From an uncultured delta proteobacterium (GTDB lineage: Bacteria > Desulfobacterota > Desulfobacteria > Desulfobacterales > B30-G6), in the NCBI GenBank assembly GCA_963823335.1, contig CAWGLD010000005.1, positions 366,091-430,090 on the forward strand: a DNA stretch of 64,000 nt. The letters are read 5' to 3'. Below are positions 35,155 to 46,420 of this stretch, one piece after another. Both the position numbers and the translations under genes were made by a program. The notes under the pieces are model-generated. The model searched no databases. It was not told the DNA's origin and saw only the letters and a list, made by a program, of their open reading frames with translations. The number at the start of each line of letters is the position of its first letter. Positions within the stretch are counted from its first letter, which is position 1.

Positions 35155-35802
35155 TTATTGTTGTTGATTGGTTTCCCATTTGAATTCAACTGACCCAATA
35201 ACACTTGTCATGACCAGCGTAACCGTATCATATGCGTCACCCATGGGCTGATTGTCCGTTTTCGGGTCAAACGCCGGAAATCTGACATGGTAAATCGATT
35301 TCCAGGCTGTCATGTAAGGATAAAAATAATCAATTATCGGATCTTTTTTCTTCAGTTTACGGATCTCCAGCGGTCGAATCTGTTCTACCTGGTCTCGCGT
35401 GATATAGATTTTCCACATGGAAGTATTTTTTGAGAAATCATCCCATTTTTTTTCAGGAACATAGGCAGCGATCACAAAATCGTTATAGTCTGCTGCCTCC
35501 TTCTGCTCATCCAGCACCAGTTTATCGTATTCCGGACCTTCTAATTTATAGAGCCTTGCATATTCTTCTGCATAGGCTTGCCGAAACACAGCGGATTTAA
35601 AGGTTATCTTTGAAATCAGTTTTGTCAATAGTCCATCGTAGATGCGGCCTTCCTGTGTCCAGGTTTCAATTGCATCCCGATAAATCATTTTTGTTTCAGA
35701 TACAGGCAGTTGTTCTGCGCTCTCCTGATATTTTACCCCGGTGCAGCCGGAAACCATCAAGAGTCCCGTCAGCAGCATATATGTCAAGACCCTGTAGTTC
35801 AT
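35155..35802 (-). CDS. Lipoprotein of unknown function
   Basis: Lipobox 'LMVSGC'. No recognisable domain. Confidence 0.55.
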   Translation of the reverse strand: MNYRVLTYMLLTGLLMVSGCTGVKYQESAEQLPVSETKMIYRDAIETWTQEGRIYDGLLTKLISKITFKSAVFRQAYAEEYARLYKLEGPEYDKLVLDEQKEAADYNDFVIAAYVPEKKWDDFSKNTSMWKIYITRDQVEQIRPLEIRKLKKKDPIIDYFYPYMTAWKSIYHVRFPAFDPKTDNQPMGDAYDTVTLVMTSVIGSVEFKWETNQQQ

Positions 35803-35853
35803 GATTAACGATCTTTCCAGTTTGACTTACATTTAAAAATCAGGAGGTACCCC

Positions 35854-37146
35854 TCAGTTGAATACCCGACTGAAAATGGCGCTGATATACTTTAAATGAT
35901 ACCCCACGTCAAATATTTCTTTAATTTTTTCTTCGCCCAGATGTTTTCGTATGGTGGGTTCTTCCAGAATCAGATCCTGGAAAGATCCTTTTCCCTGCCA
36001 CACACGCATGGCCTGATCTTGGACGATCCTGTAGGCTTCCTCACGGGTCACGCCCGCCTCTGCAAGAGCGACAAGAACCTGTTGTGAAAAAATGAGCCCC
36101 TTGAGTTTATCAAGGTTGGCGCACATGTTTTTCGGGTAAACCAGAAGATTCTTCAGCATGTTGGTCATGCGGTGCAACATGTAATCTATCAGAATGGTGC
36201 TGTCGGGACCGATAACACGCTCAACCGATGAGTGACTGATGTCACGTTCGTGCCACAAGGGGATGTTTTCAAACGCCGTGATGGCATTGCTCCGTACGAT
36301 TCGCGCCAGACCGCACAGATTTTCCGACCCGATGGGATTTCTTTTGTGTGGCATGGCCGATGACCCTTTTTGGCCCTTGGAAAAGTATTCTTCCGCCTCC
36401 AGAACTTCCGTTCGCTGCAGGTGTCTGATTTCCAGCGCCATTTTATCAATAGTAGAGGCGATAATGGCCAGCACGCTAAAAAACTCGGCATGCCGGTCCC
36501 GCTGGACGATCTGTGTGGATGCCGGTGCCGGTTTCAAGCCCATTTTTTTGCAAACATAAGCTTCGACCAGGGGCGGTGTGTTGGCAAACGTGCCAACGGC
36601 TCCGGATATTTTCCCACAGCTGATGCTGTCGATGGCATGCACGAGCCGTTCTTTATTGCGTCTCATTTCATCGTGCCAGACAGCCAATTTTAAACCAAAG
36701 GTAATCGGTTCGGCATGAATCCCGTGGGAACGCCCGATCATGACGGTCTCTTTGTACTGGAAGGCTTTCTTTTTTATGACCGCCATGAGTTTGTCGACAT
36801 CGTCCAATATCATAAGGCCGGCTTTTCGCAGCAGATAGGCCAGACTGGTGTCGAGAACATCCGAAGAGGTCAGCCCCATGTGAATGTAGCGCGAATCCGG
36901 CCCCACATTTTCGGCAACGCTGGTGAGGAAGGCGATGACGTCATGTTTGGTCTCGGATTCGATTTCCTCGATCCTTTCCACGGAAAAGCTTGCCTTACGC
37001 TTGATGACCGCAAGGGATTTTTTAGGGATTCTGCCGATAGTTGCCAGTGCTTCACAAGCATGGATCTCCACCTTGAGCCATGTTTGATATTTGGTTTGAT
37101 CTGTCCAGACGTCTCCCATTTCTTTGCGTGTGTAGCGATCGATCAT
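35854..37146 (-). CDS. purB: Adenylosuccinate lyase
   Basis: 'RY.R.EM...W', 'GLTSSDVLDT', fumarate-lyase signature 'GSSAMPHKRNP'. Confidence 0.93.
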   Translation of the reverse strand: MIDRYTRKEMGDVWTDQTKYQTWLKVEIHACEALATIGRIPKKSLAVIKRKASFSVERIEEIESETKHDVIAFLTSVAENVGPDSRYIHMGLTSSDVLDTSLAYLLRKAGLMILDDVDKLMAVIKKKAFQYKETVMIGRSHGIHAEPITFGLKLAVWHDEMRRNKERLVHAIDSISCGKISGAVGTFANTPPLVEAYVCKKMGLKPAPASTQIVQRDRHAEFFSVLAIIASTIDKMALEIRHLQRTEVLEAEEYFSKGQKGSSAMPHKRNPIGSENLCGLARIVRSNAITAFENIPLWHERDISHSSVERVIGPDSTILIDYMLHRMTNMLKNLLVYPKNMCANLDKLKGLIFSQQVLVALAEAGVTREEAYRIVQDQAMRVWQGKGSFQDLILEEPTIRKHLGEEKIKEIFDVGYHLKYISAIFSRVFN

Positions 37147-37211
37147 ATTATTGGTTCCTTGTATTCTTCTTTTAGGGGTCTATCCCAAATAAAAGCGTTC
37201 CAAGATTTTAT

Positions 37212-38672
37212 TTAGGCCTCGAATTTGCACTCGCCGGGGTGCATCTGGCCATCTCCCACAATACGTATTGAAAGTTGCCGGCGCGCTTCCAGATCGAGAA
37301 TTTCTTTGCGTTTGTTGTTGAGGACATAATCGGCCACATCGGCCGGCAGCATGCAGGTGACGTTTTTGATGTCCGGTTTGAGGGTCTCGATCTGCAATTT
37401 TCTTAAAAACCGCACCCCGAGGGTTTCTTTGGATGCCACGAGTCCTTTTCCTTGACAGTGATCGCAGGTCACATAACTGCCAAACTCAATGGAAGGCTGA
37501 ATGCGTTGCCTTGACATTTCAAGAAGTCCGAATTTTGAAATTCGGCCAAGATTGGCCTTGGCTTTGCCAGCTTTGATATGAAGTCGCAATGTCCGCTCCA
37601 CTTCAGCCCGATTCTTGGTATTTTTCATGTCGATAAAATCAATGACAATCAGACCCCCCAAGTCCCGGAGTTTGAGTTGTCTGGCAATTTCTTCAGCAGC
37701 CTCGACATTGGTGGTCAAGGCTGTCTTCTCAACGGATTTCTGATGGGTTGCCTTTCCAGAATTGACATCAATGGCAACGAGGGCCTCTGTCTGGTCAATG
37801 ACGATCGATCCGCCGGATTTGAGGTTAACCCTGTTTTCGTAAATAGACGCTATCTGGTCCTCCAGCTGAAACTTTGAAAAGATTGGGGATGCGCCTTTGT
37901 GAAGTTTGACGATATTGAGATGCAGCCGGGAAATGATCTGAATAAAGCTCTTTACTTCATGGAACACTTCTTCATCATCGATGAGTATTTCGGTTACCTC
38001 CGGCGTAAAGTGATCACGGATGGATCTGACGGCAAGATTTCGTTCTTTGTAAAGCAGGGCAGGGGCGGTTGCTTTCATGCCTTTGTTCATGATGTTTTTC
38101 CAGAGTCGCAGGAGATATCGCAGGTCTTTGGAAGCCAGGGTTTTGGTGCAATTTTCGCCTGCTGTGCGGATGATAATACCGAAACCCTCCGGGACCTTGA
38201 GATTGGCGATTATTTCTTTTAAGCGTTGTCTTTCCGTCTCATCCTCTATTTTTCTGGAAATACCCTTAGTTTTAGAGCCCGGCATGAGGACAATATGTCT
38301 GCCGGGTAGCGATATAAAGGTGGAGAGCATGGCGCCCTTTTTCATTCTGGGATCTTTGGTCACCTGTACCAGAATTTCCTGGCCTCGCTTGATAATATGT
38401 TTGATAGAAGAGGCTTCGCCGGAGGGTGTTTCCTGGAAATAGTCGCTGTGAATTTCCTGCTTCTGGAGAAAACCGTTTCGTTCGGCGCCGTAGTCCACAA
38501 ACGCTGCCTGAAGACTTGGTTCGATTCGGGTGATAATCGCTTTGTAGATATTGCCATGTGTTATTTCTCTGGCAGCACTCTCGATGCGGAATTCTTCGAG
38601 TTTGTTATCGATAACTTTTGCGATTCTGATCTCCTCGGAATCGACGGCATTGATGAGAATTTTGCTGGTCAT
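37212..38672 (-). CDS. rng: Ribonuclease G (RNase E/G family)
   Basis: S1 domain 'GNIYKA.ITRIEPSLQAAFVDYG', 'GGSIVIDQTEALVAIDVNSG', 'LRDLGGLIVIDFIDM'. Confidence 0.88.
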   Translation of the reverse strand: MTSKILINAVDSEEIRIAKVIDNKLEEFRIESAAREITHGNIYKAIITRIEPSLQAAFVDYGAERNGFLQKQEIHSDYFQETPSGEASSIKHIIKRGQEILVQVTKDPRMKKGAMLSTFISLPGRHIVLMPGSKTKGISRKIEDETERQRLKEIIANLKVPEGFGIIIRTAGENCTKTLASKDLRYLLRLWKNIMNKGMKATAPALLYKERNLAVRSIRDHFTPEVTEILIDDEEVFHEVKSFIQIISRLHLNIVKLHKGASPIFSKFQLEDQIASIYENRVNLKSGGSIVIDQTEALVAIDVNSGKATHQKSVEKTALTTNVEAAEEIARQLKLRDLGGLIVIDFIDMKNTKNRAEVERTLRLHIKAGKAKANLGRISKFGLLEMSRQRIQPSIEFGSYVTCDHCQGKGLVASKETLGVRFLRKLQIETLKPDIKNVTCMLPADVADYVLNNKRKEILDLEARRQLSIRIVGDGQMHPGECKFEA

Positions 38673-38957
38673 GAACGGTTGTCCTTTTCGTTGCTAAATC
38701 CGGTTTCCAAGGTGTGTATTATGAGATTGGCATGATCAAGTCAAACGATTTTTATCCAGCTTGCCCGGCTGACTGGTGGCACCACTTCGTATTGACACAT
38801 GATTTTGTTGCCACTGACGGCAAGCATCTTTAGGGAGATGCATCTTGATATTTGAGAGATATTGTGACATGAGAGACGACACCCTGATAAAGAAACAGGC
38901 TATGTGGGCCTGGCCGTGATCTTTACTGACATTGTTTTTCGGAGGTTTCTTCATCTG

Positions 38958-41564
38958 ATGAAAAAAAAATACGACCCAAAGTCCATAGAATCCAAATGGC
39001 AGGACATGTGGGAGCGCAGTGGGCTTTTTAAGGCTTGTGCAGACCCGCAAAAAGAAAAATATTACCTGCTGGAAATGTTTCCCTACCCATCCGGTAATAT
39101 CCATATGGGCCATGTCAGAAACTATACCATAGGGGATGTGGTTGCCCGCTACAAAAGAATGCGTGGTTACAATGTGCTGCATCCCATGGGTTGGGATGCT
39201 TTTGGGATGCCTGCTGAAAACGCCGCCATTGCCCATAACAGCCATCCAGCCACATGGACCTACCAGAACATCGACAACATGCGCAGCCAGCTCAAACGGA
39301 TTGGTTTTTCTTATGACTGGGACAGGGAACTGGCGACCTGTAAACCCGACTACTATCGGTGGGAACAGTGGCTGTTTTTGAAAATGTACCAGAAAGGACT
39401 GGCCTACCGGAAAGAATCCTTTGTCAATTGGTGTGAACCCTGTCAAACGGTCCTGGCCAACGAACAGGTGGAGGCCGGTATGTGCTGGCGATGCGGAAAA
39501 CCGGTTCGCCAGAAAAATCTTTCGCAATGGTTTTTCAAGATCACCGATTATGCCGAAGACCTGCTTGTTCATAGCGACAAACTATTGGGTTGGCCCGACA
39601 AGGTCACAACCATGCAGAAAAACTGGATCGGCAAGAGCATCGGTGCGGAAATCGAGTTTGTCATCGAGAAACCCGCCGGAGGCCGATCGGAGACCATTTC
39701 CGTCTTCACAACACGCCAGGATACGGTTTTTGGGGCAACCTTCATGTGCCTGGCACCAGAGCATCCGCTTGTTCTGGCACTTTCCCGGGGGACACCTGAA
39801 GAGGCGCGTGTCCAGACGTTTGTGGAACGAATGTCGATGCAGGACCGGTCAGCCAAAACCGTCGAAAATTTTGAAAAGGAGGGGGTCTTTATCGGTGTGC
39901 ATTGTATTAACCCCCTGAGTGGCAGGAAATTACCGATTTTTACGGCCAACTTTGCGCTGATGGAGTATGGAACCGGGGCCGTCATGTGCGTCCCGGCGCA
40001 CGATCAGAGAGATTTTGATTTTGCAAAAAAATACGGACTCGACATCACCGTCGTGGTGGCGCCCGAAAAACTGCATCTCGAAGGTGCAACGATGACAGAG
40101 GCATATACCGGTCCGGGCATCATGGTCAATTCCGGGGATTTCAACGGGATAGCCAACACCCAGGCCCAAGAAAGTATTGCCGACTATCTCGAGACTAACC
40201 ATATCGGGAAAAGAACCGTCAGTTACAGGCTTCGGGACTGGGGAATTTCCAGACAGCGCTACTGGGGCACACCGATTCCGATGATACACTGTAAGACCTG
40301 CGGCATTGTGCCGGTAACAGAGACGGATCTTCCGATAGTTCTGCCTGAAGATGCCAATCTTCTGGCAGGTGGACAGTCTCCTCTCCCGGAACTGGATGCT
40401 TTTGCCCGTACCAAATGCCCTCAATGCGGTGATCCTGATGCGCGTCGTGAAACCGATACCATGGATACGTTTGTCGAATCTTCATGGTATTTCGAACGAT
40501 ACTGCAGCCCCCACTACCACGAAGGCATGTTTGACAAGGAAGCCGTTGATTACTGGATGCCGGTGGATCAATATATCGGGGGAGTGGAGCACGCCATTTT
40601 GCACTTGCTGTATTCACGGTTCTATACACGTGTCTTGAATGACCTGGGACTTGTTTCATATAAGGAACCCTTTACCTGTCTGTTGACACAAGGTATGGTC
40701 TGTAAAGAGACGGCCGTGTGCCCGGAACATGGGTTTTTGTTGCCTGAAGAGGTTTCCCATGGGGACAATGAGGAGGGCGTCTGCACCCGCTGTGAAAGTC
40801 CCGTCACTATCGGGCGGGTCGAGAAAATGTCCAAATCGAAAAAAAATGTCATCGATCCGAACATCCTGCTGAACAAATATGGTGCGGATACGACGCGGCT
40901 TTTCTGTCTCTTTGCCGCCCCCCCGGAACGCGACCTGGAGTGGAGTGAGCAGGGTGTGGAAGGTGGTTTCAGATTTCTGAACCGGGTGTGGCGATTTGTC
41001 GCCAAGCACATGACCACCATCAAAGGAGTGGCACCCTACACAGGGAGTCTGGATCACCTTTCCGGCGATGTCAAAGATCTCTACAGGAAGACCCACGAGA
41101 CGATTCAGCGTGTTACCAGAGATATAGAAGATCGTTTCCATTTTAACACAGCCATCAGTGCTGTGATGGAACTGGTGAATGCCCTTTATAGCGCCGACAA
41201 GGTGTCCTCCACATCAGAGTGGCCGGGTGTGGCACGGTTTGCCATTGAATCAGCGGTGATCTTGCTGGCGCCCATTGTGCCACATTTCTCCGAAGAGATC
41301 TGGGCTGAGATGGGGCATGCTGAGAGTATCTTGCTGGCACCCTGGCCGGAATACCATGCAGATGCGCTGGTGAAGGATGATCTGACAATTGTGGTTCAGG
41401 TAAACGGAAAGGTCAGAAGCCGTTTTACCATTGCAAGCGATGTGTCGGATGAAGACATCAAGCAGAAAGCCCTGTCGGATGAACGCGCATTGAAATTCGT
41501 GGAAAACAAGGGCATCAAGAAAGTAATCGTGGTCAAGAAAAAACTTGTCAATATTGTTGTATAA
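38958..41564 (+). CDS. leuS: Leucine--tRNA ligase
   Basis: '[12 protein letters not shown]' (HIGH) and 'KMSKSKKN' (KMSKS). The start at 38958 gives the canonical '[14 protein letters not shown]' N-terminus. Confidence 0.95.
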   Translation: MKKKYDPKSIESKWQDMWERSGLFKACADPQKEKYYLLEMFPYPSGNIHMGHVRNYTIGDVVARYKRMRGYNVLHPMGWDAFGMPAENAAIAHNSHPATWTYQNIDNMRSQLKRIGFSYDWDRELATCKPDYYRWEQWLFLKMYQKGLAYRKESFVNWCEPCQTVLANEQVEAGMCWRCGKPVRQKNLSQWFFKITDYAEDLLVHSDKLLGWPDKVTTMQKNWIGKSIGAEIEFVIEKPAGGRSETISVFTTRQDTVFGATFMCLAPEHPLVLALSRGTPEEARVQTFVERMSMQDRSAKTVENFEKEGVFIGVHCINPLSGRKLPIFTANFALMEYGTGAVMCVPAHDQRDFDFAKKYGLDITVVVAPEKLHLEGATMTEAYTGPGIMVNSGDFNGIANTQAQESIADYLETNHIGKRTVSYRLRDWGISRQRYWGTPIPMIHCKTCGIVPVTETDLPIVLPEDANLLAGGQSPLPELDAFARTKCPQCGDPDARRETDTMDTFVESSWYFERYCSPHYHEGMFDKEAVDYWMPVDQYIGGVEHAILHLLYSRFYTRVLNDLGLVSYKEPFTCLLTQGMVCKETAVCPEHGFLLPEEVSHGDNEEGVCTRCESPVTIGRVEKMSKSKKNVIDPNILLNKYGADTTRLFCLFAAPPERDLEWSEQGVEGGFRFLNRVWRFVAKHMTTIKGVAPYTGSLDHLSGDVKDLYRKTHETIQRVTRDIEDRFHFNTAISAVMELVNALYSADKVSSTSEWPGVARFAIESAVILLAPIVPHFSEEIWAEMGHAESILLAPWPEYHADALVKDDLTIVVQVNGKVRSRFTIASDVSDEDIKQKALSDERALKFVENKGIKKVIVVKKKLVNIVV

Positions 41565-41642
41565 ATTTGATTTTTTTCCGCTGATATGCCGTGGGGAAAA
41601 AACAAATTATGGATGAAGATGGTATTAATAAACACGGTATTT

Positions 41643-42176
41643 ATGAAGCTATTTCAGTCTGTTGGTTTCGCTATCCGGATGGCCATCATCGTTACCTGCC
41701 TTGTACTGTTCATATCCTGCGGCTACAGGTTTGCAGGCAGCGAGAAGTTGCCCCAGGGTGTTGAAAGCCTGTTTGTTGAACTGCTTGAGAACAAAACAAC
41801 CGAACCGGGTGTGGATATCGTAGTCACCAATGAACTGAAAAATGAGTTTATTCGGAAGTATCCGGGAGTTCTGGTTGATAGAGATATGGCAGCGGCGGTA
41901 CTTTCGGGTGCGGTGGTTGGAATTCAGACCGAAACCGTCGCCAGAAGAGGTGTCTTGACGGCTCTCGAGAGAAGCGTTTCTATGACCATCGACCTGTCAT
42001 TGAAAACAGCGATAAACGAGAGGATCTGGTTTGCCCGGGGCATCAGCAGCAGCGACACGTATACGGTGGTCTCAGGGGACAAAGAAGCCACGGAACGGAA
42101 CAAGCGGAACAAAATAAGAGATCTTGCCGAAAGAATCGCGGAAATAGCGTATTACCGTATAACGGATGATTTTTGA
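41643..42176 (+). CDS. lptE: LPS-assembly lipoprotein LptE-like
   Basis: Lipobox 'LFISCGYRF'. Sits directly downstream of leuS, as in the conserved leuS-lptE arrangement. Sequence similarity itself is weak. Confidence 0.6.
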   Translation: MKLFQSVGFAIRMAIIVTCLVLFISCGYRFAGSEKLPQGVESLFVELLENKTTEPGVDIVVTNELKNEFIRKYPGVLVDRDMAAAVLSGAVVGIQTETVARRGVLTALERSVSMTIDLSLKTAINERIWFARGISSSDTYTVVSGDKEATERNKRNKIRDLAERIAEIAYYRITDDF

Positions 42177-42223
42177 CACGGCTGTCCCACAAACCTGACG
42201 AGGCTTGGGGTCCTTAAATAAAA

Positions 42224-42255
42224 GCGCCACCCGGAAAGTATTCTGCGGGTGGCGC
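42224..42255 (-). terminator. Intrinsic terminator of rpsT (possibly bidirectional, also serving lptE)
   Basis: GCGCCACCCG-(12 nt)-CGGGTGGCGC, a 10-bp GC stem. 'UUUUAUUU' follows on the minus strand. Confidence 0.7.
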
Positions 42256-42291
42256 AAAATATGATGAGCATAAAATGGAAACCAGGTCCGA

Positions 42292-42555
42292 TCAGACAGC
42301 CTGGTTAACCATTTTTGACAGCCTTGATATTTTACGTGCGGCTGTTTTTTTATGAATAACACCTTTTTTGGCAGCTTTATCGATGACAGATATGGCAGAC
42401 CTCAGGTGTGTTGAAGCAGTTTCGGGGGCTTCTCCCTCCGTTGCTTGGTAAACAGCCTTCACAGTATGCTTTACCCTGGTTTTTACCGCTTTATTGCGCA
42501 ACCGTTTCGTTTCAGACTGTTTTGCACGTTTGAGTGCGGATTTATGATTTGCCAA
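42292..42555 (-). CDS. rpsT: 30S ribosomal protein S20
   Basis: 'MANHKSALKRAKQSE.KR..N' is the canonical S20 N-terminus. Confidence 0.93.
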   Translation of the reverse strand: MANHKSALKRAKQSETKRLRNKAVKTRVKHTVKAVYQATEGEAPETASTHLRSAISVIDKAAKKGVIHKKTAARKISRLSKMVNQAV

Positions 42556-42726
42556 TGTTTCATGCTCCTTTCGGTTCGTTGTTTGTTATGTAACCTTATT
42601 CACATATAAATATATCAGATCCAAGTCAATATATTTTTTGTATCTAATTTAAAAACGCTTATGTGGGCCTGGCCAGAGATCTAAAACACCGGGGACCCAC
42701 TTCAGCTTAAATAATTAAGGAGGCAG

Positions 42727-44304
42727 GTGAACTCACAGGTTACAAAAGCGGCCGGGGTGGTGGGTGGCGCGACCCTGTTAAGCCGTATTTTCGGGTTGTT
42801 AAGGGATATTGTCATCGCGGGATATTTCGGGGCCGGTATGGCATCGGATGCCTTTTTTGTTGCTTTCAGGATTCCCAACCTGCTGCGAAGGCTTCTTGCG
42901 GAAGGGTCCTTGACCATTGCCTTTGTTCCGATTTTTTCGGAATATCTGGCAAAGGAAGGAGAATCGGCTGCGTTTGTATTTGCCAGATCCGCCGCACGCA
43001 TCATTTCAATCCTTCTGGCCGCCGCCGCAGTCATCGGTATTCTCCTGACACCCGTGATCGTACGTATCATAGCCCCTGGTTTTATGGCATCGCCCGAAAA
43101 ACTGGCCTTGACCATTACCTTAACCCGGTTCATGTTTCCCTATATATTTTTTATTGGTCTGGTTGCACTCTGCATGGGCATTCTAAATGTCCTGGGGCAT
43201 TTCGCCGTACCTGCCCTGGCACCTGTTGTGCTGAACTTCGCCATGATTGCAACGGTTCTATTTCTTTCACCTCATCTCCAATACCCGGTCTACGGTTTGG
43301 CTGTTGGCGTGTTGATCGGTGGATTGTTGCAGTTGCTGCTTCAGATACCCATTCTCTTGCGCAAAGGCGTGGTATTGTGGGGGGCGGCTGGGTTGTTTCA
43401 TCCCGGGCTGAGGCGACTCGGTAAGTTGATGCTGCCGGCTGTATTTGGAGCAGCTGTTTATCAGATCAATATATTGGTCGGCACACTGCTGGCATCCCTG
43501 TTGCCCGATGGAAGTGTTTCCTATCTTTATTATGCCGATCGCCTGGTTCAGTTCCCACTGGGAATTTTCGCCATCGCTATTGCCACAGCCGTACTTCCCA
43601 GCTTTTCAACCTATGCGGCTGTCCAGGACAACAAGGCTTTGGGTGAAACATTTGGATATGCCATGCGGCTGGTATTTTTTATAACCATTCCTTCCATGGT
43701 AGGGCTGATACTGCTGAGAGAGCCGATTATCGGGCTGCTGTTCAAACGTGGTGCTTTTGACAGTCAGACCACAGCACTTACAGCATCGGCACTTCTCTAC
43801 TACGGCCTCGGACTTTGGGCTTTTTCGGCTGTCCGGATCGTTGTAACGCTTTTTTACGCATTGCAGGATACCCGGACACCCGTAAAAATGGCTGTCATAT
43901 CCATTTTCGTCAACATGATCCTGGGTGTTGCACTCATGTGGCCACTCCAGCATGGCGGTCTGGCACTGGCAACGTCTCTGGCTTCAATGGTCAATCTATA
44001 TCTGCTCGTAAAGGCACTAAGAAAAAGGGTCGGTTTGATCGACTGGCATGAGATCCTGCTATCTGTATGGAAAACGCTTTTATGCTCCGCTGTTATGGGA
44101 CTGGCTGTTTTTGCAGCAGCAGGCATACTGATTCCACAGGGCCAGGCAAGTTTCCTAAAACTCCTGTGCAGTGTCTCCGGAACGATTCTGGTCGGAATCG
44201 GTTTCTATGCGGGATGTGCTATCCTGGTTAAATGCAGCGAGGTTTCTGATCTGGTAAAAATGATTGACCGGCGCACCACCTCCCAGGAACAAGGATCGAA
44301 ATGA
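42727..44304 (+). CDS. murJ: Lipid II flippase MurJ (MviN)
   Basis: 'LLSRIFGLLRD...A..FGAG..SDAFFVAFRIPN..RRL.AEG', about 14 TM segments. GTG start after the SD 'AAGGAGG'. Confidence 0.92.
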   Translation: MNSQVTKAAGVVGGATLLSRIFGLLRDIVIAGYFGAGMASDAFFVAFRIPNLLRRLLAEGSLTIAFVPIFSEYLAKEGESAAFVFARSAARIISILLAAAAVIGILLTPVIVRIIAPGFMASPEKLALTITLTRFMFPYIFFIGLVALCMGILNVLGHFAVPALAPVVLNFAMIATVLFLSPHLQYPVYGLAVGVLIGGLLQLLLQIPILLRKGVVLWGAAGLFHPGLRRLGKLMLPAVFGAAVYQINILVGTLLASLLPDGSVSYLYYADRLVQFPLGIFAIAIATAVLPSFSTYAAVQDNKALGETFGYAMRLVFFITIPSMVGLILLREPIIGLLFKRGAFDSQTTALTASALLYYGLGLWAFSAVRIVVTLFYALQDTRTPVKMAVISIFVNMILGVALMWPLQHGGLALATSLASMVNLYLLVKALRKRVGLIDWHEILLSVWKTLLCSAVMGLAVFAAAGILIPQGQASFLKLLCSVSGTILVGIGFYAGCAILVKCSEVSDLVKMIDRRTTSQEQGSK

Positions 44305-44603
44305 GTGACAAACAGAAAATATTTCTCTCCGTTGTGATCCTGATTCTGTTCTCTCTTTTGTTGTTTATCATGTTCAGTGATAGCGGGCTTGCCGATCTTT
44401 TTAAACTTAGAAGTGAAAAGGATCGTCTGCTTCAGGAAAACGCCAGGTTGAAGCGTGAGAATCTGACAATGTATCGCACCATCGAAAGACTCAAGAACGA
44501 CCCTGACTATATCGAAAGTATCGCCAGGAAAGAGCTGGGAATGATCAAGAAAGGTGAAGTAATATTGAAACCAAAGCCGTCAGGAGATGAAAACAAACCC
44601 TGA
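44301..44603 (+). CDS. ftsB: Septum formation initiator (FtsB/DivIC family)
   Basis: Single TM segment plus leucine-zipper coiled coil. 'DPDYIE.IAR.ELGM.K.GE' C-terminal motif. Confidence 0.8.
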   Translation: MSDKQKIFLSVVILILFSLLLFIMFSDSGLADLFKLRSEKDRLLQENARLKRENLTMYRTIERLKNDPDYIESIARKELGMIKKGEVILKPKPSGDENKP

Positions 44604-44705
44604 CAGGTTTTGAAAGGAAGAACAGCAAGACCTCTTAAACAGAGGCAATCTATATGAAGAAGCGCTGGATGGGCTCAGGCAAACAAAACAAAGAGGAGAG
44701 GATGC

Positions 44706-46388
44706 ATGAAGAGAAAGAATGTAGTGCGGCACCAAGGCCTAACAGACAGGGATGTTTCGGTTTGCCCGAACGGGGAGGTTTTTCAACTTCCGCAGGAGGA
44801 TGAATACCCGGCGGAGTTCGAGCGCCTGAAGCTACTGGTGGAAGAGCATCGGAAAATACAGCGCGAGATTGTTGTGGTCATGGGTGTCGGGTTTGTCGGT
44901 GCTGTCATGGCGGGTGTGGTTGCGGATTCCGTCAATCAGGACACAGGGGAGCCCTATTATTTCGTTATCGGTATGCAGCGTCCTTCGGTTCGATCGTTCT
45001 GGAAAATTTCCTATCTTAACCGTGGTATTGCGCCAGTGGAAGCCGAGGACCCGGAGGTGGCCCTCATGATCGAACGCTGTGTCAAAGAGCGAAAAAATCT
45101 GGTGGCATCCTTTTCATATGACGTACTGAGCCTTGCGGATATCGTTGTTGTGGATGTCCAATGTGATTATCACAAGGAAACCCTCGGAGATGTCAAGAAG
45201 GGCTACGCTGACATACAGGCCCTGGAAGAGAGTCTTGAGACTATTGGCCAACGCGTTGATCCCGAGTGTCTGGTCCTGATAGAGACCACGGTACCGCCTG
45301 GGACCACCGAATATGTTGCTTACCCCATCATTAAAAAGGCTTTTTCCGGTCGCGGATTAAAAGATAGGGAACCCCTCCTGGCCCATTCTTTCGAACGGGT
45401 CATGCCGGGACGCAACTACGTGGCATCCATCCGTGATTTCTGGCGTGTCTGCAGTGGCATCAATGATCGGGCCCGTGAACGTGTAACAACGTTTTTATCG
45501 CGCGTGATCAACGTGGAACAGTACCCCTTGACGGTCCTGGACAGCCCCATCGAAAGCGAAACCTGTAAGATTGTTGAAAATTCATATCGTGCCACTATCC
45601 TTGCATTCCTGGATGAATGGAGTAGATTTGCCGAAAGGAATCATGTGGATCTCACAAAAGTCATTCAGGCCATCAAGGTGCGACCCACCCATTCAAATAT
45701 CATATTTCCCGGGCCAGGCATTGGTGGCTACTGTCTGCCCAAGGACGGAGGATTGGGGGTGTGGGCGTACAATCGTCTCATGGGTTTTGATGATGACATT
45801 TTCAAAATTACGCCCATGGCCATAGACATCAACGATACCCGAGCGCTGCATGTTGCGGAACTGGTGCGCGATGCCCTTCGCAATATGGGAAAGATCGTGG
45901 CAGCTTCAAAGATTGCGCTCCTGGGAGCCTCCTACAGAGAAGATGTCGGTGACACGCGCTACAGCGGCTCGGAACTGGTCGCTCGTAAGTTGACTGAAAT
46001 GGGAGGAGAAATGATCGTTCACGATCCCTATGTGAAACACTGGTGGGAACTCGAGAAGCAGGACACCTACCCGGCACCCGGTCATTCCTGGGCACGATTC
46101 TTCCGGAACCAGGAGGGTTTGACAGGGCTTACCATGCAAAGTGAACTCCCGCACGCTTTAAAGGATGTTGATGCCGTTATTCTGGCGGTGAGACACCGGC
46201 AGTACTGCGAACTTTCGCCCAGGCATATTCTGGAAATGACCGGCCGACCCGTGGCGATCATAGATTGTTTCGGCATATTTGATGACGACAAGATTCGCCA
46301 ATTCTTTGAGCTTGGATGTGAAGTGAAAGGGTTGGGGCGCGGGCATATTCAACGGATCAAGGAAACTGTGAGGCGTGGAAAGAAATAA
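44706..46388 (+). CDS. Nucleotide-sugar dehydrogenase (UDP-glucose/GDP-mannose dehydrogenase family), long 560-aa form
   Basis: NAD fold 'VVVMGVGFVGAVMA'. Catalytic-Cys motif 'GIGGYCLPKD'. N- and C-terminal extensions relative to typical ~400-450-aa members. Confidence 0.8.
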   Translation: MKRKNVVRHQGLTDRDVSVCPNGEVFQLPQEDEYPAEFERLKLLVEEHRKIQREIVVVMGVGFVGAVMAGVVADSVNQDTGEPYYFVIGMQRPSVRSFWKISYLNRGIAPVEAEDPEVALMIERCVKERKNLVASFSYDVLSLADIVVVDVQCDYHKETLGDVKKGYADIQALEESLETIGQRVDPECLVLIETTVPPGTTEYVAYPIIKKAFSGRGLKDREPLLAHSFERVMPGRNYVASIRDFWRVCSGINDRARERVTTFLSRVINVEQYPLTVLDSPIESETCKIVENSYRATILAFLDEWSRFAERNHVDLTKVIQAIKVRPTHSNIIFPGPGIGGYCLPKDGGLGVWAYNRLMGFDDDIFKITPMAIDINDTRALHVAELVRDALRNMGKIVAASKIALLGASYREDVGDTRYSGSELVARKLTEMGGEMIVHDPYVKHWWELEKQDTYPAPGHSWARFFRNQEGLTGLTMQSELPHALKDVDAVILAVRHRQYCELSPRHILEMTGRPVAIIDCFGIFDDDKIRQFFELGCEVKGLGRGHIQRIKETVRRGKK

Positions 46389-46420
46389 GCAGACGGAGCA
46401 ATAAAAAGGGGGACACAACG

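Noticed and set aside
38736-39572. 278-aa ORF on the minus strand
   Set aside because: Entirely antisense to the well-supported leuS gene (HIGH and KMSKS motifs on the plus strand). No recognisable motifs. A typical shadow ORF.
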